A stretch of 64,000 nucleotides of DNA from Fidelibacterota bacterium. GTDB lineage: Bacteria > Fidelibacterota > Fidelibacteria > Fidelibacterales > DSDE01. The notes under the pieces were generated by a model that saw only the letters and a list, made by a program, of their open reading frames with translations, made no database searches and had not been told where the DNA came from. The translations under genes and the position numbers were made by a program. The stretch lies in NCBI GenBank assembly GCA_046735395.1, contig JBJKQR010000047.1, positions 32,001 to 96,000 on the forward strand, read 5' to 3'. Positions 27,554 through 38,800 of the stretch are shown one piece after another. Position 1 is the first letter of the stretch, and every line of letters begins with the position of its first letter.

Positions 27554-30500
27554 ATGAAAAAAACACAACTGATTCTGCTACTGGCACTTACAGTTTTTCT
27601 GACTGTGGGCAGTACGGTGCTGTCGGCAGCGAAAAATGCGTCAAGTCTGGCGGAGAGAGACTCACAGGGTCGCCTGGTTTATGCCGACGATGCCATTACT
27701 GTAAAATTCAAACCTCAGGTTAAATTGAATCTGGCCAGCAAGAGCCTGGCGCGGACCGGAATTCCGTCCGTTGATTCCAAACTTGATCATTACGGCGTTC
27801 TGGAAATGACGCAGAGATTCAAACAGAAACCCCTGGCAAAAGGAAGCAAACTTCCGGACCTGAGACGTATATACAAGATTGAGGTTCCCGCGGGAGCAAA
27901 CCTCCAGAAAATGATAAATGATTTCAATGCGGATCCGAATGTGGAATATGCGGAACGCATTCCCATGGATTACCAGATGGCGGTTCCGGATGATGAATAT
28001 TATACGGAATGGCTCTATCATCTGCCTCAGATTCATGCCGAGCAGGCCTGGGACGTGTGGAAGGGCGAAGATGGTGATCCCAATGATCCCGTGGTTATTT
28101 CCATCTGTGATACGGGGATAGACTGGAAACATCCGGATCTGGCCGCAAATATCTATAATAACCTGGGTGAAGATGCGGATGGCGACGGCCACGTTCTCGA
28201 ACAGGACGGGAATGGTGAATGGATATTTGATCCCGGCGATGTAAATGACGTGGATGACGATGGAAACGGATATGTCGATGATTTTATCGGCTGGAATGTC
28301 GTTGCCGACCAGTATGGAAATGAAAATAACGATCCCATGGATCCTGCGACCCGCGGCCATGGTAGCCACTGCGCGGGCCTTGCAGCCGGTGTGACGAATA
28401 ACGGTACGGGTATTGCCAGCATCAGCTGGAATATCAAGGTCATGTGTACCTCCCATGGTTTCGTCGGTGATAACGGAACCAGTGTTTACAATGCCTATCA
28501 GGGAATTATTTATGCTGCCGAAAACGGCGCTGATGTGATCAATACCAGCTGGGGCGGTGGCGGCTATTCCCAGTCATCCGAAGAAGTGATTGCCTATGCC
28601 TACGGGTTGGGATCCATCATCGTGAGTTCCGCCGGAAATAATGACAATGCAGTTCACCAGTACCCCAGCGACTATCCTAATGTCGTCAGCGTCGCTTCCG
28701 TGGACCGCTATGACCAGAAGGCATGGTATTCCACCTATGGTATCGGTGTGGATGTGTGTACGCCCGGCGGAAATCATGAACCCGGCCTGCTGAGCACGGT
28801 TTCCTATGATAATGTGGAAGGATTCCCGGGATATGATTTTTATTCCGGTACTTCCATGGCCTCACCCGTAACGGTCGGTCTCTTCGGCCTGGTAAAATCC
28901 AAATACCCGGACTGGACCAATGAGCAGCTGATTACCCAGGTCATCGGTACGACAGATAATATTGATTCTCATATTCCGGATTATATCGGACTGATGGGCA
29001 GCGGTCGTATCAATGCCTACAAGGCTTTGACTGCCACGGATGTCCATGTGCCCCAGATACTGGAACTCGAAATCTGGGATGTCCAGACGGACAATCAGAA
29101 TGTCTTTGACGGACAGATGATGCCCGGTGACACAGCCCGTTTCAGTCTGACTTTCAGAAACTACAGCCATTTCGTGGCTGACAGCAGCGCACGGATTCTG
29201 CTTGTATCGGATGATCCGGGTATTGAAATCGTCAAGGGAAGTGTCGTTGACACAATTTTCGCAGATGGATACAGCGATATCGATTATGATTTCACACTTG
29301 CGGTCAACGAACAAACAACGACTCACACGGCTGCCTGCAAATTTGTTGTAGAGTCCGATATGGCGGATATTCCCCTCGGAAGCGAATACCCTTTCAACGT
29401 GGTGATCAGTACCATCCAGAGCACACCGGCTGCGCTGAATTTCAATGAAACCTATGGTGACGGATCCGAAAAATCCTTCACATTGTCGAATGTGGGAACG
29501 GACCCCATCGATTTTGTTACCGAAGCGGTTGAATACTCACCGCCCTACTTTCATCTGGATACAACCAATGCCTACGACGGCCTGTCCTGGTGGTGTGCGG
29601 ATGTCAATCTGGGACGCTACGCTGATAATACACTTCAGTTCATGGATCTGCCTGTTCTGGATACAGACGGAGCGACAGCCCCGGTACTGACCTTCATGTC
29701 TGACTGGGATCTGGAAGGATCAACCGGTGCGGCCGATCCCTACGACGGCTGGGATGGCGCGAATGTGTGGGTTTCCACGGACAGTGGAAAAACTTTCAAT
29801 GTCATGCCTCCGACCTCACCGGTATATACCGCAACCAGCCTCTGGAGTTTTTCCAAGTGGGGTTACGGTGTCGGAATACCGGGATGGAACGGAAACAGTG
29901 ATGGCTGGCAGGCTGTGGAATTTGACCTGTCTCCCTACAAGAGTAAAAATCTCATCATCCGTTTCGCATTCGCATCTGATGAAAATACGAACGCGACAGG
30001 CTGGTGGCTGGATAATATTAAGGTCGCCGATGGAGCCAACGTGATGTATGAGAATAACGGAACCATGGAATCCTCCATTATGCTTCAGGGTTCGGGCGGT
30101 GAAGCCCTTTCTGCCGACTGGATGAATGTTTCAGTTTCCGAAGCGACTCTGCAAGCATCCAGCGATCTGAATATTACGGTCGGTGTTGACACGAGGAACC
30201 TGGAATCGGGTGCACACAGCGCGGCTGTTCGGATTATCATGGACACAACCGTTGTGGTTGCAAATATCCCGATCAATCTCTTTGTCGCACCGCCTGCGCA
30301 TGATCTCAAGGCTAACACTTTTGAAGTTCCGGATGATAAATTTCTCATCCTCCAGCCCAAGCCGCTGAAATTCAAACTCGATAATCGGGGTGAGAATGAT
30401 GAAACGGAAGTCCGGACCATCGTTGATTTCTATCAGAATGATGCGGTGGCTTTCTCCGATACAGTGGTTGTGGATCAGTTTCCGGCCGGAACGTCAATGA

Positions 30501-31390
30501 ACCTCGAAACAGCTCCGTTCCGTGCGATCCGGGGAGGGGATTATGAAGTGAGGCTTCAGGTGACGAATGTGACCGATGATTACAATGCCTTCAATGACAC
30601 CTTGTCCGGTATTGTTAAGGTTGATAATATCTTTGAGGATTTCTCCACCAATACCGGCGCCTGGGATTTCCAGGGAATGGCGATTGATACGGGCCACACC
30701 GGCTTCGGCGATATTTATGCTCTGTATATTGATCAGGGACATCTGCCCTATCGGGCAGATCTCAATACCTCGGCGACCTATGCGCCGGGACTGGATGTTT
30801 CCGGGATGACCCAGGGAACCTTGTCCTTCATGGCCCAGTTTGCAACCCAGGCCGATGTGGACATTCTCTATCTCGATGTATCCACGGATAATACAAATTG
30901 GGAAAACCGTGGCCAGGTTTCCGGAACCTCCAAACAGTTCAAGCAGTTCCGGACGGACGTGACTGATCTGATTCAGGGCGGTGCCGACAGAATCTGGTTC
31001 CGTTTCCGTTTTGTCTCCGACGCGACGACTCAGCTTTACGGTCTGTTTGTGGATAATATCGGTTTCTTCAATGAGGAATTTCTGGCTGTGGACGGAAGGG
31101 AAGACATTCCCACGAAGTTTGCCCTGAACCAGAATTATCCCAATCCCTTCAATCCGACTACGACCATCAGCTACGCACTTCCGGAAGCATCTGCTGTGAC
31201 GCTGACCGTTTTCAACATACGCGGTGAAAAGATCCGCGAATGGTCTGTCAGTAATCAGACACCGGGAAATTATGACCTGGTATGGGATGCAAAGGATCAG
31301 TCGGGACGGATTATTTCGTCCGGTGTCTATTTTTACAGGCTGAAGACGAAAAATAACATCGAACAGAAAAAGATGCTCTTCCTCAAATAA
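27554..31390 (+). CDS. Secreted multidomain S8 subtilisin-like protease with T9SS type-A-like C-terminal sorting domain
   Basis: Signal peptide; prodomain; triad ICDTG/HGSHCAG/GTSMASP; DDDGNGYVDD Ca-binding insert; jelly-roll domains (GWWLDNI, GLFVDNI); CTD LNQNYPNPFNPTT...SGVYFYRL...KMLFLK. Confidence 0.93.
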   Translation: MKKTQLILLLALTVFLTVGSTVLSAAKNASSLAERDSQGRLVYADDAITVKFKPQVKLNLASKSLARTGIPSVDSKLDHYGVLEMTQRFKQKPLAKGSKLPDLRRIYKIEVPAGANLQKMINDFNADPNVEYAERIPMDYQMAVPDDEYYTEWLYHLPQIHAEQAWDVWKGEDGDPNDPVVISICDTGIDWKHPDLAANIYNNLGEDADGDGHVLEQDGNGEWIFDPGDVNDVDDDGNGYVDDFIGWNVVADQYGNENNDPMDPATRGHGSHCAGLAAGVTNNGTGIASISWNIKVMCTSHGFVGDNGTSVYNAYQGIIYAAENGADVINTSWGGGGYSQSSEEVIAYAYGLGSIIVSSAGNNDNAVHQYPSDYPNVVSVASVDRYDQKAWYSTYGIGVDVCTPGGNHEPGLLSTVSYDNVEGFPGYDFYSGTSMASPVTVGLFGLVKSKYPDWTNEQLITQVIGTTDNIDSHIPDYIGLMGSGRINAYKALTATDVHVPQILELEIWDVQTDNQNVFDGQMMPGDTARFSLTFRNYSHFVADSSARILLVSDDPGIEIVKGSVVDTIFADGYSDIDYDFTLAVNEQTTTHTAACKFVVESDMADIPLGSEYPFNVVISTIQSTPAALNFNETYGDGSEKSFTLSNVGTDPIDFVTEAVEYSPPYFHLDTTNAYDGLSWWCADVNLGRYADNTLQFMDLPVLDTDGATAPVLTFMSDWDLEGSTGAADPYDGWDGANVWVSTDSGKTFNVMPPTSPVYTATSLWSFSKWGYGVGIPGWNGNSDGWQAVEFDLSPYKSKNLIIRFAFASDENTNATGWWLDNIKVADGANVMYENNGTMESSIMLQGSGGEALSADWMNVSVSEATLQASSDLNITVGVDTRNLESGAHSAAVRIIMDTTVVVANIPINLFVAPPAHDLKANTFEVPDDKFLILQPKPLKFKLDNRGENDETEVRTIVDFYQNDAVAFSDTVVVDQFPAGTSMNLETAPFRAIRGGDYEVRLQVTNVTDDYNAFNDTLSGIVKVDNIFEDFSTNTGAWDFQGMAIDTGHTGFGDIYALYIDQGHLPYRADLNTSATYAPGLDVSGMTQGTLSFMAQFATQADVDILYLDVSTDNTNWENRGQVSGTSKQFKQFRTDVTDLIQGGADRIWFRFRFVSDATTQLYGLFVDNIGFFNEEFLAVDGREDIPTKFALNQNYPNPFNPTTTISYALPEASAVTLTVFNIRGEKIREWSVSNQTPGNYDLVWDAKDQSGRIISSGVYFYRLKTKNNIEQKKMLFLK

Positions 31391-31413
31391 GCGCATCAGA
31401 CAGCATAATTCGT

Positions 31414-31446
31414 AAAGGGCTGCCGGATTTCGGCAGCCCTTTTTTT
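31414..31446 (+). terminator. Intrinsic terminator
   Basis: AAAGGGCTGCCG-GATTT-CGGCAGCCC followed by a T7 tract. Confidence 0.9.
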
Positions 31447-31555
31447 ATTGGGATTTAATTGTAAAATTATCCAGAATCGTTTTGATGAACCTGATACAGG
31501 CTCCTGTCTTGTGCGTTGAAAAACAGCTCTGCTTCAGGGCATTTTGAAACATCAG

Positions 31556-31584
31556 TTGAAAAAAGCGAATTATCGCAATAAATT
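31556..31584 (+). promoter_or_regulatory. Sigma70-type promoter heading the BMC-P/rdgB/sprA operon
   Basis: TTGAAA-17 bp-TAAATT, 25 nt upstream of ATG 31610. Confidence 0.55.
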
Positions 31585-31609
31585 CACCGGGTAAAAAAAG
31601 AGACCGACT

Positions 31610-31876
31610 ATGATATTGGGCAAAGTGACCGGAACAGTGTGGGCGACGAAGAAGGATGAGAAGCTGGATGGAGCCAAATTTTTAATCGTTCAGCATTACA
31701 ATATGGATCTCACACCTCAGGATCGTTTTACAGTCGCAGTGGACAGCGTGGGCGCCGGTGCCGGCGAATTTGTTCTCTTTGCAGCCGGAAGCTCTGCCCG
31801 GCAGACCGTACAGACCAAGGATAAGCCGGTTGATGCGGTTATCATGGCCATTATTGATGAACTGGATATGAAATAA
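31610..31876 (+). CDS. Bacterial microcompartment vertex protein (EutN/CcmL, BMC-P)
   Basis: MILGKVTGTVWATKK...VAVDSVGAG-GE-VL-GSSAR...PVDA-I-AIID. Confidence 0.95.
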   Translation: MILGKVTGTVWATKKDEKLDGAKFLIVQHYNMDLTPQDRFTVAVDSVGAGAGEFVLFAAGSSARQTVQTKDKPVDAVIMAIIDELDMK

Positions 31877-32163
31877 TGCGTCTCGGACAGGTTGTGGGAA
31901 ATATCTGGGCCACCCAGAAACCGGACACGCTGAAGGGAAAGCGGCTTCTGATCGTTCAGCCGAAGGATTTTGAGACACTTGAAAATGCGGGCGATCCGCT
32001 GGTTGCCGTGGATACGGTGGAAGCCGGACGCGGAACCTGGGTTTTTTACGTGCTTTCCCGTGAGGCGACCATTCCGTTGCCGAACCCTTTTAATCCCGTC
32101 GATGCAAGTATAGTAGGGATCGTCGATCGCATTGATCTCGCTGACAGGCAGATAGCATTATGA
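31876..32163 (+). CDS. Second BMC vertex protein (EutN/CcmL, SREA variant)
   Basis: MRLGQVVGNIWATQK...VAVDTVEAG-G-WV-SREA...PVDASIVGIVD; TAATG overlap with the previous gene. Confidence 0.93.
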   Translation: MRLGQVVGNIWATQKPDTLKGKRLLIVQPKDFETLENAGDPLVAVDTVEAGRGTWVFYVLSREATIPLPNPFNPVDASIVGIVDRIDLADRQIAL

Positions 32164-32753
32164 GAAAAATCGTATTTGCCACACATAACCGGGACAAGAT
32201 CCGGGAAATTCGCGCCAAGCTGACGGGGCAGGTGGAATTATTGACACTGGACGACCTTCCGGATATGCCGGATGTGGAAGAGGATGGTGAAACCCTCGAA
32301 GCCAATGCGGTGAAGAAAGCTGAGGAAATCTTCGCGTTCTGCGGAATTCCCTGTATTGCTGATGATACGGGACTGGAAGTGGACGCGCTTGCCGGCGCTC
32401 CGGGCGTATACAGCGCACGCTATGCCGGTGAGAATGCGAGTTATGACGATAACGTGAACAGACTCCTTGAAGATATGCGAAATATTCCCCGGGAACAAAG
32501 ACGTGCCGTATTTCGTACAGTGATGGCATACACGGATGAACGGGGAACACTGACCGTCGAGGGAAGTACCTACGGGCAGATATGTCAGGAGAAACATGGT
32601 GGTAACGGGTTTGGATATGATCCTGTTTTTCTGGTTCAGGGAAGTGATAAGACCTATTCGGACATGGAACTCAGTGAAAAAAATTCGCTCAGTCACCGTG
32701 GAAAAGCTGTCAATTCTCTCATTTCTTTATTGAATAAAAAAGGAATTCTTTAA
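32160..32753 (+). CDS. rdgB: RdgB/HAM1 non-canonical purine NTP pyrophosphatase
   Basis: FATHN-DK-REI, ADDTGL-VDAL-GAPGVYSARYAG, GFGYDPVF, KN-SHRGKA. Confidence 0.96.
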   Translation: MRKIVFATHNRDKIREIRAKLTGQVELLTLDDLPDMPDVEEDGETLEANAVKKAEEIFAFCGIPCIADDTGLEVDALAGAPGVYSARYAGENASYDDNVNRLLEDMRNIPREQRRAVFRTVMAYTDERGTLTVEGSTYGQICQEKHGGNGFGYDPVFLVQGSDKTYSDMELSEKNSLSHRGKAVNSLISLLNKKGIL

Positions 32754-32822
32754 AATCGATCTTAAAATGAAAAGGAGCAGCGCAGTCGGATTTTGATATC
32801 GGGATAGGATGAAAGGAAATAT

Positions 32823-35800
32823 TTGAAAGAGAAATCTGTCAGACTTCTGAAGATTGCTACGTTTTGCTCTGGTCTCATCATCGCTTTTCTGGGAACTGTC
32901 ATAGCCCAGGAATCGGACAGTGGGATACAATTTAGCTACCGGTACCGTCCGCTGGGCGTCATGCCTGATTACTCGGAAAAACCCTCGGGTTTTTCCGCGA
33001 TGACTCCGGACAGCCTGGATCCGCTGTCTACCAGCTATCCGGTGAAAATTTCCGGACTGATGCTTTTCAGTCAGCCCGACAAGAGCGGGAATCTGCTGGT
33101 TCAGTACGAGATGCTGAATGGCTTCCGCCTCCGGCTACCCTCTGTCGTCAGCTTCAGGGATTATTATCCTCTCCAGCGAAAACGGACGGAAGCGCAGCTC
33201 TGGCAGGACAAGGTGGCTTCGACCCTGTTTACGGAAGAGACCAAGAGCAAGGAGAGCAGCATAGAACTGATCGGCGCGGATATTGCCGGCCAGCGTGTCT
33301 CGCTGCGCGTCATGGGAAATATATCCATCTCCGGACGGCTGAACAACCAGACGCAGGCGACACAGATCACCAATTTCAATCAGACCAATACCAGCAATTT
33401 TATTCTCGACCAGACTCAGAACTTCAATATCGAGGGCCGCATCGGAGACCGGCTGAGCATCAAGGTGGATCAGGACAGTGAACGGGATTTCAATTTTGAG
33501 AATACTCTGAAAATTTTCTATACCGGCCAGGAAGATGAAATCGTTCAGAGAATCGATGCCGGAAACATCGACCTGTCCCTGTCCGGAACGCAGTTTGTCA
33601 CCGGAAAGGCCAATACATCCGGTCTCTTCGGTATCAAGGCGCTGCTGAAGATCGGCCCGGTGGATCTGACCGCCATTGCCTCTGTGGAAGAAGGCCAGAA
33701 CAAGAAAACCACCTGGGGGGGCGGATCGGACAGCGAACCGCTGAAGATCAAGGATCATCAGTATCTCCGAAATAAGTACTTCTTTATTAATAAGGAATTT
33801 CGCAACAGCATGTACCCGCTTGATGACATGGGCCGCTTTGTCATCCACCGACAGGTCCGGGAATTTGAACTGTACAAGAATGTGCCGGAAACGGAAGTCG
33901 GTGCCTTTACTGCCACGGCCTGGATTGATCCCAATGACACGACAGCGGCCGTGAATGATTTTGCCGAACGGAACCTGTTTTTCAAGCGGTTGGAACGGGA
34001 TGTGGACTACGAACTGAACGAGAATCTGGGTTATTTCAAAATGATGTCCTTTGTCAATCCGTCGGATGTGATTGCCATCGCCTACCGGGATGAATCCGTG
34101 GATCCCGGCTCGCTGGTGCCGGTGATGCAGGAGGGGGACCTGATCAGCCAGGACTCCACCGTGAAGAATCTCAAACTGATCAAACCCCAGAACCCGCAGC
34201 CGAAAAACCCGACCTGGGACCTTGAATTCAAGAATGTATACTCTCTGGGAACCACCAATATCAATGCGGAAGGATTTGACTTGAAGATTTATAATTCTTC
34301 CGTGGCCTCGCCCATTGACCGTGATGAAAACGGAACCTATCTCCGGACCTTCGGCCTGGATAATCAGGACGAAAACGGCGTGCCCGGCGTGCATGATGAG
34401 ATTATGGATAACAATCCGGCAGTCCTGCGCATGAATGATGGCGAACTGTGGTTTCCCTATCTGGAACCCTTTACATCGGAAAAAACGGATCCGGCCAATG
34501 CCATTCCCGGAGAATTCAATCCCGATCTGCCGGAGGCCCTGTCGTCCCACTTTCTCTACGATACGACCTCCACATCGCTGATCAATTCCGACTCAAAATT
34601 TTATATTCAGGTGAAATACACGAACCGCAGCTCCGAGATACAGCTTGCCGACCCCATGATCATCGAAGGCAGTGAGGAAATCACAGCCGGAGGCGTCCTG
34701 CTCACGCGGGGTGTGGACTATACCATTGATTATTTCACGGGTCATGTTTCTCTGATCACTCCGGAGGCACGGAATCCCAGCGCCGCGCTGAATATTACTT
34801 ACAATGCGCGGACCCTCTTTCAGCTGGACAAGAAAACCGTGGCCGGTGTCCGGGCCGAATACAAATTCGGTGACCGGAATTTCCTCGGTAGTACCTTCAT
34901 GTATTACAACCAGAGTTCCATTGATGATCAGGTCCGGGTGGGGGAGGAACCTTTCCGGAATATGATCTGGGATATCAATGGAAATGTGGGCTATGACATT
35001 AACTGGCTGACCCGGGCCATCAATGCCCTGCCGCTGATCGAGACATCGGATCCCAGTAGTATCAAGGTTTCCGGTGAAATTGCCCAGATTCTGCCCAACC
35101 CAAATACCATCAACAATCCGGATACGGGCGATCCGAAAGGTGTGGCCAATATTGATGATTTCGAGGGGGCCAAGCAGACGACACCCATGGGCGTGGAAAA
35201 GAACGGCTGGTTCCCCGCTTCCCGCCCGGTGAATGACGCCCTTAGTTATGATGGCCGCGAACAGGGTTTTCTATTCTGGTACAATCCCTGGGGAGATATT
35301 CCCACACGCCAGATCTGGCCGGATAAACAGACGTCATCCACCATGAACAACGATGTGACACGCGTCCTGAATCTGGTTCTGGATCCGACGGTCAATGGCA
35401 TCACCGGTCAGGGGACCGGCGCCGAAGATAAGAAGGATGTCTGGGGCGGTGTCATGCGTCCGCTCTACAGCGGCGCCTGGGACCAGAGCGAAAGCAAATA
35501 TATCGAAGTCTGGGCCCGGGGAACAAAGGGAATTCTGCAGCTGGATCTGGGGAAAATTTCCGAGGATCTGGATCTTTTCGATACGACGTCCCAGACAATC
35601 CGGGTGAACCACCGCCTTGATACGGAAGACAAGCCTATTCCCGGCACCGGTATGACGACCGGAAACGGGATTCTGGAAACCAGTGAAAATATCGGTATCA
35701 ACGGACTGACGGATGAACAGGAAATCTTTTACGGAATTGATCCGGAACTGGATAATTACAAATACGACCAGGGTTCCCGGGATTATCGCCACGCCAATGG

Positions 35801-38800
35801 CGAGGAACGGAACAACGATTACTTCTATCCCAATACGGAGGATATCAGCAATAATGGCAAGCTGGATTATTTCAACTCGTATTTCAGTTACGAGATAAAT
35901 CTGGCCAACAGCGATTATTTTATCACGGAAACCGAATTTTCCGATGGCAAGCCCACAGGCTGGAAATTGTACCGGATTCCTCTTTCCCTGCCTGTAGAGA
36001 GGGTGAACAGCCCGGCCATGACGGACATACAGATCTTCCGTCTCATCTATACGGGCTGTGCTGATCAGGATACGGTGCAGATCGCCGGTGTGGGCCTGGT
36101 GGGCAATGAATGGCAGGAGATCGGGATCGCCGCCGACAGTACTGAAAACTATGTAGTGAATGACAATGTATTTAAAATTGCCGTAGTGAATACGGAAGAC
36201 AATCCTGAGTACGACAGCCCGCGGGGTGTGATGGGAAAACTGGACCCGGTCTATAATGTGCGGGCCAAGGAACAGTCTCTGGCCATGCGGGTGCAGGATC
36301 TGTCACCCGGGACCCGGACCGCCGCCAAGAAATCACTCTGGGATAATGAAAATTACATGAATTATCAGTCCATGAAGATGTTCGTTCATGGTGATGTGAA
36401 TTATCCCTCTGATTCGACCCAGGTGAAATTCTACATCCGCATGGGAAATATCAGCGGCGTGGAACTGAAGGATTACTATGAAATCGTCACACCTGTCTTT
36501 GCCGGATGGGATACGAAAAATTTCATTGATCTCCAGTTCAATGACATCACGCGGCTGAAGCAGCTGGTGGTGGGTGACAGCATCAATACCTTTGTGTCGG
36601 CTGACGGCCAGACCCGGATGCTCTATCTGACGGATGAATCCGGCGAACGGACCGGCCGGACCTATAAAGTCGTGGGTTCACCGTCCTTTTCGCGTGTCAA
36701 TTATTTCGTCATCGGCCTCATCAACGACACGGACCGGGATTATACCGGCGAAGTCTGGATCAACGAGCTGCGGGTCAGTGACCCTCTCATCGAAAAGGGC
36801 ATTGCCTTCCGAGGCGCTGTGGATATGGATATCGCCGGAATTGCCTCCATCAATGTGAACGGGAACTATAAGGACGCCTCCTTTCACCAGGTCAATCAGC
36901 AGTACTCCACAACCGGCAATACGGACAATCTGGTGGACAACAAGTCTGTCAATGTCAATATCAAAATGAATCCGCACAAACTGCTGCCGAAAAGCTGGTC
37001 CCTGTCCATGCCGGTGAGCCTCAGCTATTCCGACAAGCAGGACATCCCCATCTATGTGCCCGGCTCTGACATCCGCCTGTCTGCCGTACCTGACAGCCTT
37101 CTGAGGCTGAATCACAGTATCGGCCTCAGCACATCATTCAAGAAGACGTCCAAATCTGACTTCTGGCTATCCAAATATACCATCGACCGTCTGGGGGCGA
37201 ATTTCAGCTACGCCCGGACAAATTCATCGGACCGGACCATCCGCGACAATCACTCGACAGCCTATAAGGGCGGTGTGAGCTACAGCCTGAATTTTCCGAA
37301 GGGTAACGGAATTTCCTATCTTTCGTGGATTCCCTTTTATGGAGATAACCTGGAATCCATGAAATTCTACCTTATTCCCTCCAATTTCAGTTATAATATC
37401 AATATGAATGAGGATACGCGTTTCAATCAGCCGCGCCGTGGCGCATCCACATCCACCTATAAGCTGAACATGAGCCAGTCCACCAGTCTCAGTTACAGTC
37501 CCTTCGATAATCTGACAGCAGGCTTCAAGCGAGCCACAAATAACAATCTGGACAGCCTGAGATACCGGAAGACGGATATCATCCGTCAGTTCGATACGGG
37601 TTTCCGGGTGGGTGAGAATGAAAACTATTCCCTGAATTTCAATCCGAAATTCGGTTCGGTTTTTGCGCCCAGACTGTCCTATACGTCGGCATTCCGTGTG
37701 GGCAATACCATGAGCCTGCCCTACAGCTCGACCTCCAACAGCCGGAATGCATCCGCATCCTTCGATCTGGATCCGGCCAAGGTTTTTAATGCCATATTCA
37801 AGGGAAAGGACTCCAACAGGCCGAATTCCCGTCCTGATGCCGGTCGTGGCAGGCCCAGTCCCCGTCCGCGTCCGGGGAGCAAGAAACCGGAGAAGACGGC
37901 CGGGAAAAAGGAAAAGAAGGAATTTTCGCTTGTGAATTTCATCAGCAGCGGCCTGGGCCGGATTCAGCCCCTCAGCTTCAATATGTCCGAAAACCGGTCC
38001 CTGACAAATCAGGGCGTGGTTCTGGGAGACAGTACCCTCTACCGGGCTCCGGTCAATTTTCTCTATCGCCTCGGCCTTTCCGATACTCCCTCGGACAGCA
38101 TCGCCTGGAATATTGTGGGAAATAACGCCAGTTCCGTCAATACCAAACGGAATCTGAGTGTCCGCAGTGGAATCAAGATTTTCAACAATATCACGTCGTC
38201 CTTCAATTTCAAGTATGACCAGACGGAAAACAATTCCGGTAATAATGTGATGCTCAATACCAGCCGCGGATTCCTGCCTCTTGGAGAAACGGGCAGTCAG
38301 GGTATTCCCATGGTGGACTGGTCTCTCAAATGGTCCGGCCTGAACAAGCTTCCCTTCGTCAAAGATTATGTGAAGAGTCTGACTCTGGATCATGCCTATA
38401 ACGGGCAGGAAACCATATCAAAACAGAATGGTGAAGTAAAAAGCTTTACCTACTCCATGAACTTCATGCCGCTCATCGGCCTGGGCGCCAAGTTCAATAA
38501 CGGGATTTCCAGCGAACTTCGCTATTCTCTCTCCCACGATATCGTGAATCAGAATACGGATACCCGGAAAACCCTTTCCGAAAACGGAACCTTTACGATT
38601 ACATATTCCAAAAAAGGCGGCCTGCATATACCCATTCCCTTTCTGGAAGATCTGAACATGCAGAATACCATTGATTTTTCCATGAATGCGAATTATTCCA
38701 CCCGCAGTGTTTACCTGAGAAAAATTGAAAGCGGAAGTTTTGTCAATACTGACTGGAACAAAAGCTGGAAACTGAGGCCCGTGGTCAATTATCAATTTTC

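Noticed and set aside
32071..32100. PNPFNP in the second BMC-P resembles the T9SS CTD motif
   Set aside because: It sits in the normal BMC-P loop before PVDA, and the protein has no signal peptide; coincidence.
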